The notes: generated by a model not told the origin, from the letters alone. A DNA stretch of 64,000 nucleotides from an uncultured Bifidobacterium sp. (GCA_964539515.1 CAZIJO010000001.1:33172-97171), one strand, 5' to 3'. Shown: positions 25,001-33,409, counted from the stretch's first letter. A program made the numbers and translations.

Positions 25001-28000
25001 CAGCTTGACGCCAGTGGCGGCACCAACGAATGGGTCAAGACTTACACCGATCCGGTGGGCCGGGTGTTCAAGCGGGAATTTGCCGCTGCCGCCGGAACGC
25101 CCTCCGCCATGTCCTATTTCAACCACCAAGGCCAGCTCACGAATTCCCTGGATCCCGACGGCATCTCGACCATCTTCGCTTACAACGGCAAAGCTGAGCT
25201 GGCTTACAGCGTCCTGAACTCCAATCGGAACGCCACGATTGATTTCAGCGGACCGGACCGCATCACTTACGTGACCAATGATATCATCCACAATGGGGTG
25301 GCGGATGTCCGGCGCACCCGCACGTTCGTCTGGAGCAACAGCGCCAACGCGTCAAACCTGGTTTCTTCCGCTGAAGTTTCCACCGACGGTCTGCGCTCGT
25401 GGCACACGCTGTGGCACGACGGCGCGCCGGTCACGAGCCAGTCGCGCGTGGTCTATGACGCCGCCAACGGCTATCGCTTCACCACCAACATCGCGCCGGA
25501 CAACTCCTACTCCGTCGCCATCATGCGCTACGGCACCAATGTTTCCTTGGCCTCCTACGATTCCACGGGCATGCAACTCGGCAAAACCACTTACGGCTAC
25601 GATGCCCATGGACGCCGGAACACGGTTACGGATGCTCGCACCGGAACCACCACTTACACCTACAATGCCGCCGATCAGGTCACCTCGGTCACCACGCCCG
25701 ATCCCGATGGCGCCGGCCCGGGCCCGGCCCAGACCACCACGGTGGACTACGACAACATGGGGCGCGTCTGGAAAACCACCTTCCCCGACAACACCAGTGT
25801 CACCAACGAATACCACCCCACCGGTCAGCTCAAGAAAACCTACGGCTCGCGCACCTATCCGGTGGAATACACCTACGACCCTCAGGGCCGGTTGAAGACG
25901 ATGAAGACCTGGCAGGATTTTGCCGGCGGCAAAGGCGCGGCCACGACAACCTGGAATTATGACCGCTACCGCGGCTGGCTCACGAACAAGACGTACGAAG
26001 GCGGCGGGGCGGGGCCGGTTTACACTTACACGGCCGCGGGTCGGCTGGCCACGCGGACCTGGGCGCGGGGCACGAATACCACCTACTCCTATAACTGGGC
26101 GGGAGACTTGGTGCGGGTCGATTACTCGGATGGCACGCCCGACCTTGGCTACGGCTACGACCGGCTGGGCCGCCAGGTGGCGGTGACCAACGACACCACG
26201 CTGGCATGCACCTACGCCTACAATGATCTCGGGCAGCTGCTCGCGGAAACCTGGTCCGGCGGGCCGTGGAGCGGGCTGGCGGTTACCAACGGCTATGATT
26301 CGTTGATGCGTCGCTCGGCGGTTGCCCTCGACTCCCAACCGTCAAGTTTGGTTCAGTACGGCTACGACACGGCCTCGCGTCTGGCCGCCGTCACGAATGG
26401 ATCGAGCACCGTGGCCTACGGCTATCTCGCCAACTCGCCACTGCTCCATACCATCACGTTCAAGGAAAGCGGCAGCACCCGGCTGACCACCACCAAGAGT
26501 TACGACCATCTCAACCGCCTGACCTTCCTTTCCTCCGCGCCCTCGGCGGACGCCGCGGTGAGTTTCAATTACCAGCTCAATTCTTCCAACCAGCGCACGG
26601 CCATCACCCATGCCGACAGTTCCCGCTGGGTTTATGCCTACGACCACCTTGGACAGGTCGTTTCCGGCCGGAAGTATTGGAGCGACGGCACGCTGGTGGC
26701 GGGTCAACAGTTTGAATACACCTTCGATGATATTGGCAACCGCCGGAGCACGGCTGCAGGTGGCGATCAAAACGGCGCGAACTTGCGCGGTGCGGTTTAT
26801 ACGAACAATCTGCTGAATCAACTCACCCGGCGGGATGTGCCCGGCTACGTGGACATCCAGGGTTCGGCCACCAACACCGCCACGGTGACGGTCAATAATC
26901 AGCCAAGCTACCGGCACGGTGACTATTTCCGGGTTGAGTTGTCGGTAACGAATGCCGGCGTCCCGGTATTTCTTGCCGTTACCAATCTCGCGGTTCTCAA
27001 AAACGGCGCTACCGCGGATCTTGTGAGCAGTGTGACGGGAAAGGTATTCGTAGCGCAGTCCCCCGAAGCCTCGAGTTACGATAACGATGGCAACCTGACT
27101 AGCGATTGCCGATGGACGGTCACTTGGGACGCCGAGAATCGAGCGACATCTTTTACGCGCGTCAGCAACTCTGCGTCCGGGGCAAATATCCGCATCGATT
27201 GCGAGTATGACGGTGCCTTCCGGCGGGTACAGAAAATCGTGTCCGGTGGGGATGGTTCAGACAACGAGGTGCAACGCACCAACCTGTTCATCTACGATGG
27301 TTGGAACCTGGTGGCCGTCTTGAATCACACCAATGGCTTGCTTTATTCCTTCGCGTGGGGATTGGATGCCAGTCTCACGGAGCAGGGCGCGGGCGGAGTC
27401 GGGGGACTCGTGGCCATGACAGTGCACGTTGGGTTAAACGCTGGCACTTACTTCTATACCTACGACGGAAATGGCAACGTCGCGACGCTGGTGAGCGTGG
27501 CTAGCGGTGCGATTGCCGCGCACTATGAATACGGTCCCTTTGGCGAGTTGTTGCGGGCGACCGGGCCAATGGCATTGGAGAATCCGTTCCTGTTCTCGAC
27601 CAAGTATTACGACTGGGAGACTGGCTTCTGTTACTATGGGTATCGTTATTATGATCCGAGCACCGGGCGCTGGCTCGGACGTGATCCGTTGGAGGAACCC
27701 GGCGGCGCAAATCTTTTTGCATTTGTGGGGAATGATCCACTCAATGCTATTGATGTAAATGGCTTGGCTCTATATGCATTCGATGGAACAAATAATGACC
27801 GTGATCGCGATCGCATGGACAATCCAAAAGCGGCGAATGGGCCATCTAATGTGGGAATTCTCTATGGGATTTATCAGGGACGGTTTAGGTATTACCTAAA
27901 CGGGGTGGGTACGCGTGAAAGCAGCGGGATTAAGAATATGCTCGGTAATGCAGGAGGCTATGGCGGGAAGAGACGCATTGCAGAGATGCTTAAAGGTGTA

Positions 28001-28594
28001 GAGGAGTCTCTAGCTGGTGGTGACGACATTGCCGATGTTATCGGGTTCAGTCGCGGAGCGGCGATGGCGCGTGATTTTGTTAATCAGCTAAATAGGAAGT
28101 ATCCTTGTGTCAAAGTGCGCTGGCTGGGCTTATTCGATACTGTTGGTTCTTTCGGCATCGGAGGCAATGACGCGGATATAGGCTATGAACTCGGTATTCC
28201 AAGTAATGTGGAACGTGCTTTTCACATGGTCGCTGGTGACGAATCACGCTACTTCTTTCCACTTGCCTCCATATGGAGGGGACCTCACGCAAGGCCCAGT
28301 AATCGGAATTACCAAGAAATCACTCTCCGGGGTGCACATTCAGATATAGGCGGCGGTTACCGAGATCATCGCGGGTTAGCCAACGCCGCGCTGCAGAGGA
28401 TGCACAAAGATGGCATGTTTCATAAAGTTCCGTTTGGCCCTGTACCGGAAGCGTATCTAAATACAAAGGACGAAGTGATTCACGATTCTCGGTGGCTAAA
28501 CGACAAGGCTGGGCCTATTATTAACATTCCATTGTGGGGTATGGCACCAAATCCATTTTGGAGTGCCGAACGAACAGTCTATTATCATCCATGA
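22010..28594 (+). CDS. RHS/YD-repeat polymorphic toxin with C-terminal Tle1/DUF2235-like lipase domain
   Basis: Signal-like RLAFWVIVLGLSAASANG. Dozens of YD repeats (YTYDDLKRLV, YAYDGFGRVL, GYDAHGRRN, YTYNAADQV...). RHS core end YGYRYYDPSTGRWLGRDPLEEPGG...GNDPLNAIDVNGL. The tip has FDGTNN, GFSRGA, LFDTVGS, HSDIGGGY. Start is GTG 22010 or ATG 22025. Confidence 0.93.
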   Translation: MITPSMLPSRRVKNFFKRHWPGRSAWIAGAVAFIPARQPFGSRLAFWVIVLGLSAASANGEPSPCIQHSFEYRSCSASRTWCGFDTFTTSTPRTKYRTLSQQDTAGGYTWSGTLCGNGAAGGKGLYHSATGQITFSGTGNTCGIGTNWNFECRFGIDWPASINYASPGDQVFYKDRGTVPASVQQFVSAGASASIVYVPATMGSQTISCTTNCTWTTNTTPPFVLDSALVLQSRTATTEAYANASLWTTATRTRTLSLEYKREAVEQSIIAEDLADCPAGGWKPAAVAATSTLIGNSVTVTKVGYQIKIPRTERGTTYLLSWKVLVYDSTGNLAGEETAEAALQGTGDEITTGEIILLPPLNVGGSRMVDKSSLVIKTVNGGGDCCNGAVAAGQGAARLKSVEVEFGLGKGRFGLGGGQLYIKQEALDDSSARPAALKFAGDPDQFEVLNDAGGIRQVLGAQALADVVATNDYCYDIRFYAVTNVGAKVGGFYPVSNTPHTVWTVRNPDGASFTNRLQVVETRGSKAITNEYQWSATNHTWTFIAGNGLRTETKTVTWDAARKLRSEIRQTYSGSGELVYQEVKKFQAYAFGAGNEAMGMALSETRIGLPGAEVTTTNTYVNSTTAPRLDTVTRSDGSWDAYLYDAQGRVLVNYSSSFSNQAPTKSQSVSSFSYHDYAVLADSGDDGSATNSEARTVYHSFMGLPVSRHFLVRRPGERIEGVGQNESVTWNTAGNLLTTNRFYTNGAFGGYPLSSYRPDGTASVYFYETNASLKITTMLNGQPDPVNPTNILEGTKTVTFVGLAGQTFSNVVCALPQTNVILAREIYSDFDELFRPGRTTYLDGTFQLFSYDCCGLAYEIERDGSRTDYTYDDLKRLVTSTRNGITTIYAYDGFGRVLAVARQGTDGSTIVVESSGYDTAGRLLARTNALGAITTFSETIVSNQTVRVTTRPDRSTVTNLYARDGSLLEVTGSAAQPVRYQYGILDGIERRRFVVELQLDASGGTNEWVKTYTDPVGRVFKREFAAAAGTPSAMSYFNHQGQLTNSLDPDGISTIFAYNGKAELAYSVLNSNRNATIDFSGPDRITYVTNDIIHNGVADVRRTRTFVWSNSANASNLVSSAEVSTDGLRSWHTLWHDGAPVTSQSRVVYDAANGYRFTTNIAPDNSYSVAIMRYGTNVSLASYDSTGMQLGKTTYGYDAHGRRNTVTDARTGTTTYTYNAADQVTSVTTPDPDGAGPGPAQTTTVDYDNMGRVWKTTFPDNTSVTNEYHPTGQLKKTYGSRTYPVEYTYDPQGRLKTMKTWQDFAGGKGAATTTWNYDRYRGWLTNKTYEGGGAGPVYTYTAAGRLATRTWARGTNTTYSYNWAGDLVRVDYSDGTPDLGYGYDRLGRQVAVTNDTTLACTYAYNDLGQLLAETWSGGPWSGLAVTNGYDSLMRRSAVALDSQPSSLVQYGYDTASRLAAVTNGSSTVAYGYLANSPLLHTITFKESGSTRLTTTKSYDHLNRLTFLSSAPSADAAVSFNYQLNSSNQRTAITHADSSRWVYAYDHLGQVVSGRKYWSDGTLVAGQQFEYTFDDIGNRRSTAAGGDQNGANLRGAVYTNNLLNQLTRRDVPGYVDIQGSATNTATVTVNNQPSYRHGDYFRVELSVTNAGVPVFLAVTNLAVLKNGATADLVSSVTGKVFVAQSPEASSYDNDGNLTSDCRWTVTWDAENRATSFTRVSNSASGANIRIDCEYDGAFRRVQKIVSGGDGSDNEVQRTNLFIYDGWNLVAVLNHTNGLLYSFAWGLDASLTEQGAGGVGGLVAMTVHVGLNAGTYFYTYDGNGNVATLVSVASGAIAAHYEYGPFGELLRATGPMALENPFLFSTKYYDWETGFCYYGYRYYDPSTGRWLGRDPLEEPGGANLFAFVGNDPLNAIDVNGLALYAFDGTNNDRDRDRMDNPKAANGPSNVGILYGIYQGRFRYYLNGVGTRESSGIKNMLGNAGGYGGKRRIAEMLKGVEESLAGGDDIADVIGFSRGAAMARDFVNQLNRKYPCVKVRWLGLFDTVGSFGIGGNDADIGYELGIPSNVERAFHMVAGDESRYFFPLASIWRGPHARPSNRNYQEITLRGAHSDIGGGYRDHRGLANAALQRMHKDGMFHKVPFGPVPEAYLNTKDEVIHDSRWLNDKAGPIINIPLWGMAPNPFWSAERTVYYHP
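27767..28591 (+). other. C-terminal toxin module of the RHS protein (alpha/beta-hydrolase, Tle1/DUF2235-like)
   Basis: Begins immediately after DPLNAIDVNGL. Motif order is FDGTNN ... GFSRGA (GxSxG) ... LFDTVGS ... HSDIGGGY. Hand-counted GC is 54/120 (45%) for 27781-27900, against 40/60 (67%) for 26041-26100. Confidence 0.8.
28580..28594. repeat. 15-bp direct repeat, copy 1 (TATTATCATCCATGA) at the RHS stop
   Basis: Exact match to 29047-29061. Contains the last codons YYHP and the stop of the RHS gene. Confidence 0.9.
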
Positions 28595-28595
28595 G

Positions 28596-28835
28596 CGTAC
28601 GAATCTCAGTCTTACGGTTTGGTGCAGCCTCAACGATGCGGACAGCTACCTGCGCTACTGCGAGGAGGGACTGGAATTGGAGAGCGGAATGTTCAACTAC
28701 TTCGTCCGTTACAATGTGTAGCGACCGCATCAGGCTTTGGGCTACAGGACGTTCCGGGAGATGTATCGCCTCCCCGAATCGCACGGTGACAAGCCGGCAA
28801 AGTGGGAGTCGAAATCGGACCGCCTGCTGCGGTAG
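28596..28835 (+). pseudogene. Remnant of the C-terminus of an integrase-core (rve/DDE) transposase, with an internal stop
   Basis: One frame reads ...LNDADSYLRYCEEGLELESGMFNYFVRYNV*RPHQALGYRTFREMYRLPESHG... (TAG at 28719-28721). (Y/F)xxxYN..RPHxALGYxT is the conserved tail of IS3/IS481-type transposases. No upstream catalytic region is present. Confidence 0.6.
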
Positions 28836-29046
28836 GATGACGGCGACTAAGGATGACGGGAAAGAGGCGGCTCGCGAATTGCGTCGCCTTCTCTTTTCAA
28901 ATTGGTTATGTGCGCCCAGCAGACAACTGCTATTAACCAACGCTACAGGCTCAAGGAATCAGGCCTTATTTTCTGCTGTCAGCGTTTTGAATATGGGTCA
29001 ACCTCACAGAAGCACATTTTTGAACCGACACGCTGATCGAAGGAAT

Positions 29047-29061
29047 TATTATCATCCATGA
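29047..29061. repeat. 15-bp direct repeat, copy 2 (TATTATCATCCATGA) at the start of the candidate immunity gene
   Basis: Exact match to 28580-28594. The ATG of the 29058 ORF lies inside it. Confidence 0.9.
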
Positions 29062-29426
29062 ACATTCGACACTTGATTGTCTTAGCCATGTTGTTTGCTG
29101 CAGGTTGTGGCCAGAAAACCGCGTCGGAACAACGCCTTGATGTGGCGGTCAAAAACCACACGGCAATGATGTTGGACAAAGTCAATATTCGCTTTGGAAC
29201 ACACAGCTCGTACGCCGGAATTTTGTCGGTAAACGCAATTGCAGTTCACATGTTCTTCGAGCCAGATATCGGTGATTCGGCCGAGGTGACCTGGGTTGAA
29301 CCCAGTGGCGTGGTAAGAACACAGACCGTAGCCCTGGCCGGTGTTTACGACAAAAAGAAAGCTGGTCGACTCACCTTTGAAATCGGGCCGACCAACGTTG
29401 CTGTGAACTTTCAGGATTTGCATTGA
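29058..29426 (+). CDS. Small lipoprotein, candidate immunity protein for the RHS lipase tip
   Basis: MNIRHLIVLAMLFAAGC is a signal peptide plus lipobox. 122 aa in a lower-GC region, the first intact ORF downstream of the toxin on the same strand. No family recognised. Confidence 0.6.
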   Translation: MNIRHLIVLAMLFAAGCGQKTASEQRLDVAVKNHTAMMLDKVNIRFGTHSSYAGILSVNAIAVHMFFEPDIGDSAEVTWVEPSGVVRTQTVALAGVYDKKKAGRLTFEIGPTNVAVNFQDLH

Positions 29427-29475
29427 TGCTGCAACCGGGACAAAAAAGGGCTGAATCGAAAAGGGAGCGAATGGT

Positions 29476-29503
29476 TCAGTTCTTGGTATTGGCTACTCGC
29501 GGG
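29476..29503. repeat. CAGTTCTTGGTATTGGC-NN-CTCGCGGG motif, copy 1
   Basis: 25/27 identical to 31519-31545. Its first 12 nt are the reverse complement of 29861-29872. Confidence 0.8.
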
Positions 29504-29860
29504 CCTGCGCGCACCCTTGCGAGTCATGGCACGGAAACTAAGTGTGGAATTTCCCGGGGCGATTTCCCCGGGGATGGATCGGGGGACAATCGGCGCGAGC
29601 TGATCTGAAAGTGTGACTAGGCCGGGAAGCGGTTTCTGGATATGCCCGGCGAGGTTTGCATCAAAACTGGGTGACGGTCGTGTGCAGCCGCAATGTATGG
29701 TAGCGGTCGCGGGGGGCGGCTGCGGAACTAGCCGCTGGCGTCTGCCGATGAATGGGATTGCGGTACGGCTGCGGATGGGCACGCTATGGGTCGTGAACAG
29801 TCGGTGGATTGTCCTCGGTGCCGCAGGGGAAGCTAAACTGAAAACCTGTGAGTGATCAAA

Positions 29861-29872
29861 ACCAAGAACTGA
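29861..29872. repeat. Inverted copy (ACCAAGAACTGA) of the CAGTTCTTGGT motif, 20 nt upstream of the SBBP start
   Basis: The reverse complement TCAGTTCTTGGT matches 29476-29487 exactly. Confidence 0.6.
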
Positions 29873-29891
29873 CGCATTTTCGTATTTTGGT

Positions 29892-31496
29892 ATGAAACCA
29901 CAAATTCCATTCGAGGCAGCGTGCCTCGCAAAAAATCGAGCCGCGCATTGGCTGCTTCTCTCATGCTTTTGGTTGTACGCTGGCTGGACGCTCGCGGAAA
30001 CAGGCGTACCGCTCTGGACCAACCGTTACAACGGGCCAGTTAACGCAAATGATCAGGCCTTCGCCGTGGCAGTGGACGGCAGCGGCAACGTGTTCGTCAC
30101 TGGGAGTTCGCGCGGCAGCAGTTCTTACGATTACGCGACCGTCGCGTACTCAGGGGCGGGCATGCCGTTGTGGACCAACCGTTACGATGGACTGGGGAAA
30201 CATGACTACGCCGCCGCCATCGCGGTGGACGGCAACGGCAATGTGTTCGTAACCGGGTCTTCTGAGGATGATTTCAATTTTATATTCGGAGATCCGGGCG
30301 ATTACGTGACGATGGCGTATTCGGGGGCGGGTGTGCCGCTCTGGACCAACCATTACAACGGGCCCGGAAACAGCGCTGATTCCGCCTCCGCCGTGGCAGT
30401 GGACGGCGGCGGCAACGTGTTCGTAACGGGGTATTCGTATGACAGCGGAGGAGTAAGTGCTGCCTACGCGACGATCAAGTATTCGGGCATGGGTGTGCCG
30501 CTCTGGACCAACCGTTACAACGGGCCGGGGTATTACGGGGACCGCGCCAACGCCATCGCGGTGGACGGCAGCGACAACGTGTTCGTGACCGGGTCTTCGT
30601 TTGACAGCTACACTTCCTCCGGTTACGCGACGATCAAGTATTCGGGCGCGGGCGTGGCCTTGTGGACCAATCGTTACGACGCAGGGGACTATGGCAGCGC
30701 CAACGCCGTGGCGGTGGACAAAAGCGGCAACGTGTTCGTGACCGGGTATTCGGCAAACGACTTTGTGACGATCAAATATTCGTCCGCGGGCGAGCCGTTG
30801 TGGACCAACCGTTACGACGGACCAGGAATCAGCGACGACCAAGCCCAAGCGGTTGCCGTGGATGGCAACGGTAATGTCATCGTGGCGGGTTACACCGCTG
30901 ATGAAATCACCACGTCAGACTTTTTGGTCATCAAGTATTCGGGGTCGGGCGTGCCGGTTTGGACCAACCGTTACAACGGGCCGGGGAACTACGAAGATCG
31001 CGCCAAAGCCGTGGCGGTGGACAGCAGCGGCAGCGTGTTCGTGACCGGACAGTCGGCTGGCAGCGCCAGTTCTTACGATTACGCGACGATCAAGTACTCG
31101 AGTGCCGGCGTGCCGCTCTGGACCAATCGTTACAACGGGCCGGCCAATAGAGACGATTTGCCAGGGGGCAAACAATCCCTCGCGCTCGGCCCGGATGGCA
31201 GCGTGTATGTCACCGGCAGTACAGACGGAGATAGTGGCGGCAACACTTACCATGATTTTGCCACGATCAAATACATCTCCGTGCCGGTGCTGACGCTCAA
31301 GCCTGACGGCAGTGGCGGATTTTTCCTCTCTGTCAATGGCGTGTCCAACGTCACCTACCGTTTGCAGCGCGCTCCCACCGTGGCCGGCCCTTGGTCCGAC
31401 CTCGCCACCAACACAGCCCCCGCCGCCGGCCTCATCGAATTCCACGATACCAACCCGCTCCCCAGCCAGGCCTTCTACCGCACCATAGAGCCCTGA
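29892..31496 (+). CDS. SBBP (beta-propeller) repeat protein
   Basis: About nine repeats of (V/E)PLWTNRYNGPG...D.A.AVAVDGSGNVFVTG.S......YATIKYS..G, which is the SBBP repeat signature. N-terminal signal-like WLLLSCFWLYAGWTLA. Confidence 0.88.
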   Translation: MKPQIPFEAACLAKNRAAHWLLLSCFWLYAGWTLAETGVPLWTNRYNGPVNANDQAFAVAVDGSGNVFVTGSSRGSSSYDYATVAYSGAGMPLWTNRYDGLGKHDYAAAIAVDGNGNVFVTGSSEDDFNFIFGDPGDYVTMAYSGAGVPLWTNHYNGPGNSADSASAVAVDGGGNVFVTGYSYDSGGVSAAYATIKYSGMGVPLWTNRYNGPGYYGDRANAIAVDGSDNVFVTGSSFDSYTSSGYATIKYSGAGVALWTNRYDAGDYGSANAVAVDKSGNVFVTGYSANDFVTIKYSSAGEPLWTNRYDGPGISDDQAQAVAVDGNGNVIVAGYTADEITTSDFLVIKYSGSGVPVWTNRYNGPGNYEDRAKAVAVDSSGSVFVTGQSAGSASSYDYATIKYSSAGVPLWTNRYNGPANRDDLPGGKQSLALGPDGSVYVTGSTDGDSGGNTYHDFATIKYISVPVLTLKPDGSGGFFLSVNGVSNVTYRLQRAPTVAGPWSDLATNTAPAAGLIEFHDTNPLPSQAFYRTIEP

Positions 31497-31518
31497 ACTG
31501 AGGCGGAAAGGGGTCACC

Positions 31519-31545
31519 CAGTTCTTGGTATTGGCCCCTCGCGGG
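31519..31545. repeat. CAGTTCTTGGTATTGGC-NN-CTCGCGGG motif, copy 2
   Basis: Lies between the convergent SBBP and methyltransferase stops. 25/27 identical to copy 1. Confidence 0.8.
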
Positions 31546-31557
31546 GACTGCCCGCCG

Positions 31558-32910
31558 TTAGTCTGTGCGCAGGTATATCCCCTTCAAATACTCCGCTTCC
31601 GGGAAGCGTGCCGGATGATCCGGCGCGTGGCGGGTCGTTTGTAATTCGGTAAACTTCCGCCCGGATCTCGGCGCCGCGGATCGCACCGCACCGAAAAATT
31701 CCTCCGCGCTGACTTGCGCCGAGCACGAACAGGCAACCAGGATTCCTCCCGGCAACAAGTGTTGGATACCGGCGGTCGCCAGCTGTCCATACGCCCGAAC
31801 CGCGCCCGCCCGTTCGGTCGCCCGCTTGGCCAGCGAGGGCGGATCCAGGACAATGAGGTCAAACTGGCGATCCGGATTTCCCGCCAGCCATTCGAAGGCA
31901 TCCGTTTGAACGCATTCATGCCGGCAGCGGGCAATGGCCGGCTCGGTTTCGTTGAGCGCAAAATTGCGCTTTGCCGATTCCAATGCGTGCCGGCTGATGT
32001 CCAGATCGGTCACCGAGCTGGCCCCGCCCCGAGCCGCGTAAAGCGAGAACCCGCCGGAAAAACTGAACGCGTTCAAGACCGCCCGCCCGCGTGCCAGCGA
32101 TTCAACCCGTCGCCGGTTTTCCCGCTGGTCGAGAAAGAACCCGGTCTTCTGCCCGCGGAAGACGTCGGCTTCAAACCGCAGCCCTGATTCGCGGAAAACA
32201 ACTGGCGCGATCAGCCGCGCAGCCGACGCTTTCTGATACACCACGTCGCCATCATTCCAACTTCGCGTGGCCGGCGACGCGACGGGGCCGCGACTTTTAT
32301 CCCCGGCTGCCGCCCTTGGATCTGCGCCCTCAACCCGCGTCTTTCCGGCCCCGACGTCATCCGGGGCGTGTCCTTTCGCGGCGCGCTGAATATTCCGGCT
32401 GAGTCGGAGGATGATCCGTTCGGGCGTCAGTCGTTGCTGAATCAGCTCCACCACGGCTTCCAACCGCGGCAGCCACGCCGCAGTGTAAATCTTCAGCACC
32501 AGGGTTGTGTCGTAGCGATCCAGCACCAACCCGGGCCAGCCGTCGCTTTCGCCGTTGATGAGCCGGTAGCCCGTCGTGTGCGCGTCGAACAACCCGTCCC
32601 TTCGGTGAATCGTTGCATCCAATCGCGCCGTCCACCATCCCGGGTCGAGCGTCACGGGTTTGCCGGCGTGCAGCACCCGCACGCGAATCGGCGATTCGGG
32701 ATCGAACAAGCCCACGGCCAGGAATTTGTCCTGACGATCGTAAATCACTGCCAGTTCACCCGCCGTGCCGGCACGATTTTGGTCACGCACACTGTCGGCA
32801 AAAACCCAGGGATGGCCGCCGCGGACAATGGATTCTGCGGTCGCGGAGATACGAAGCCGGAGCCGGGTCGTCTGGGAACTGGCGGACTCGGAGGTTGGTT
32901 TGCGCATCAA
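31558..32910 (-). CDS. rlmI: Class I SAM-dependent rRNA methyltransferase, RlmI-like (PUA + MTase)
   Basis: N-terminal [12 protein letters not shown] (PUA-type). [18 protein letters not shown]-binding [16 protein letters not shown]...[14 protein letters not shown] (catalytic DPPxF-type region). Confidence 0.8.
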   Translation of the reverse strand: MMRKPTSESASSQTTRLRLRISATAESIVRGGHPWVFADSVRDQNRAGTAGELAVIYDRQDKFLAVGLFDPESPIRVRVLHAGKPVTLDPGWWTARLDATIHRRDGLFDAHTTGYRLINGESDGWPGLVLDRYDTTLVLKIYTAAWLPRLEAVVELIQQRLTPERIILRLSRNIQRAAKGHAPDDVGAGKTRVEGADPRAAAGDKSRGPVASPATRSWNDGDVVYQKASAARLIAPVVFRESGLRFEADVFRGQKTGFFLDQRENRRRVESLARGRAVLNAFSFSGGFSLYAARGGASSVTDLDISRHALESAKRNFALNETEPAIARCRHECVQTDAFEWLAGNPDRQFDLIVLDPPSLAKRATERAGAVRAYGQLATAGIQHLLPGGILVACSCSAQVSAEEFFGAVRSAAPRSGRKFTELQTTRHAPDHPARFPEAEYLKGIYLRTD

Positions 32911-33004
32911 CGATGATTCTTTCAGCGCGAGTTGCTTTGTTGGCTGCTTTGGTTCGGCGGGCGTCCTTCGGATTGGGGTCTTCGGCCCCGTGCCGCCAGG
33001 TTCG

Positions 33005-33409
33005 TCACGTCGGTTGGGTGGGTGGCGGAGGGTTGGCGGCCGCCGAAAGGTCGCCCCATTTCCGGCGCACCAGGTAATCCAGCCCGAGCGCCAGCCCGTT
33101 GCGATGGGGCAGGGTGTAGATAAACCCGGCCAGCAGCCCGGCGGCGAGCACGCAAAACCAGGCGGAACTCGGGATGTAGAGCCGGAAGTAGATGAGAACG
33201 ATCAACGGAAAAATAAACAGGGCCCGGTCGATCGCCACCAGGTAAGCCCACAGATCGCCCTGGTCCTGCAAATACTGCAAGCCGCACTCGGAGCAGTGGT
33301 CGTGGAGTTTAACCCAGCCCCGGAAGATGCGGCCCTTGCCGCAATGGGGACAACGCCGGCGCAGCCCGCGGCCGAGGACGGTTCGTAATTGTGGGATGGG
33401 CTTGTTCAT
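33005..33409 (-). CDS. DUF983-like zinc-ribbon membrane protein
   Basis: [25 protein letters not shown] (CxxC...CxxC), followed by two hydrophobic helices. Confidence 0.7.
   Translation of the reverse strand: MNKPIPQLRTVLGRGLRRRCPHCGKGRIFRGWVKLHDHCSECGLQYLQDQGDLWAYLVAIDRALFIFPLIVLIYFRLYIPSSAWFCVLAAGLLAGFIYTLPHRNGLALGLDYLVRRKWGDLSAAANPPPPTQPT

Noticed and set aside
28534-29061. 175-aa + strand ORF spanning the toxin/immunity gap.
   Set aside because: It overlaps the RHS 3' end out of frame and crosses the transposase remnant in the wrong frame. It ends in the duplicated 15-mer and contains no motifs.
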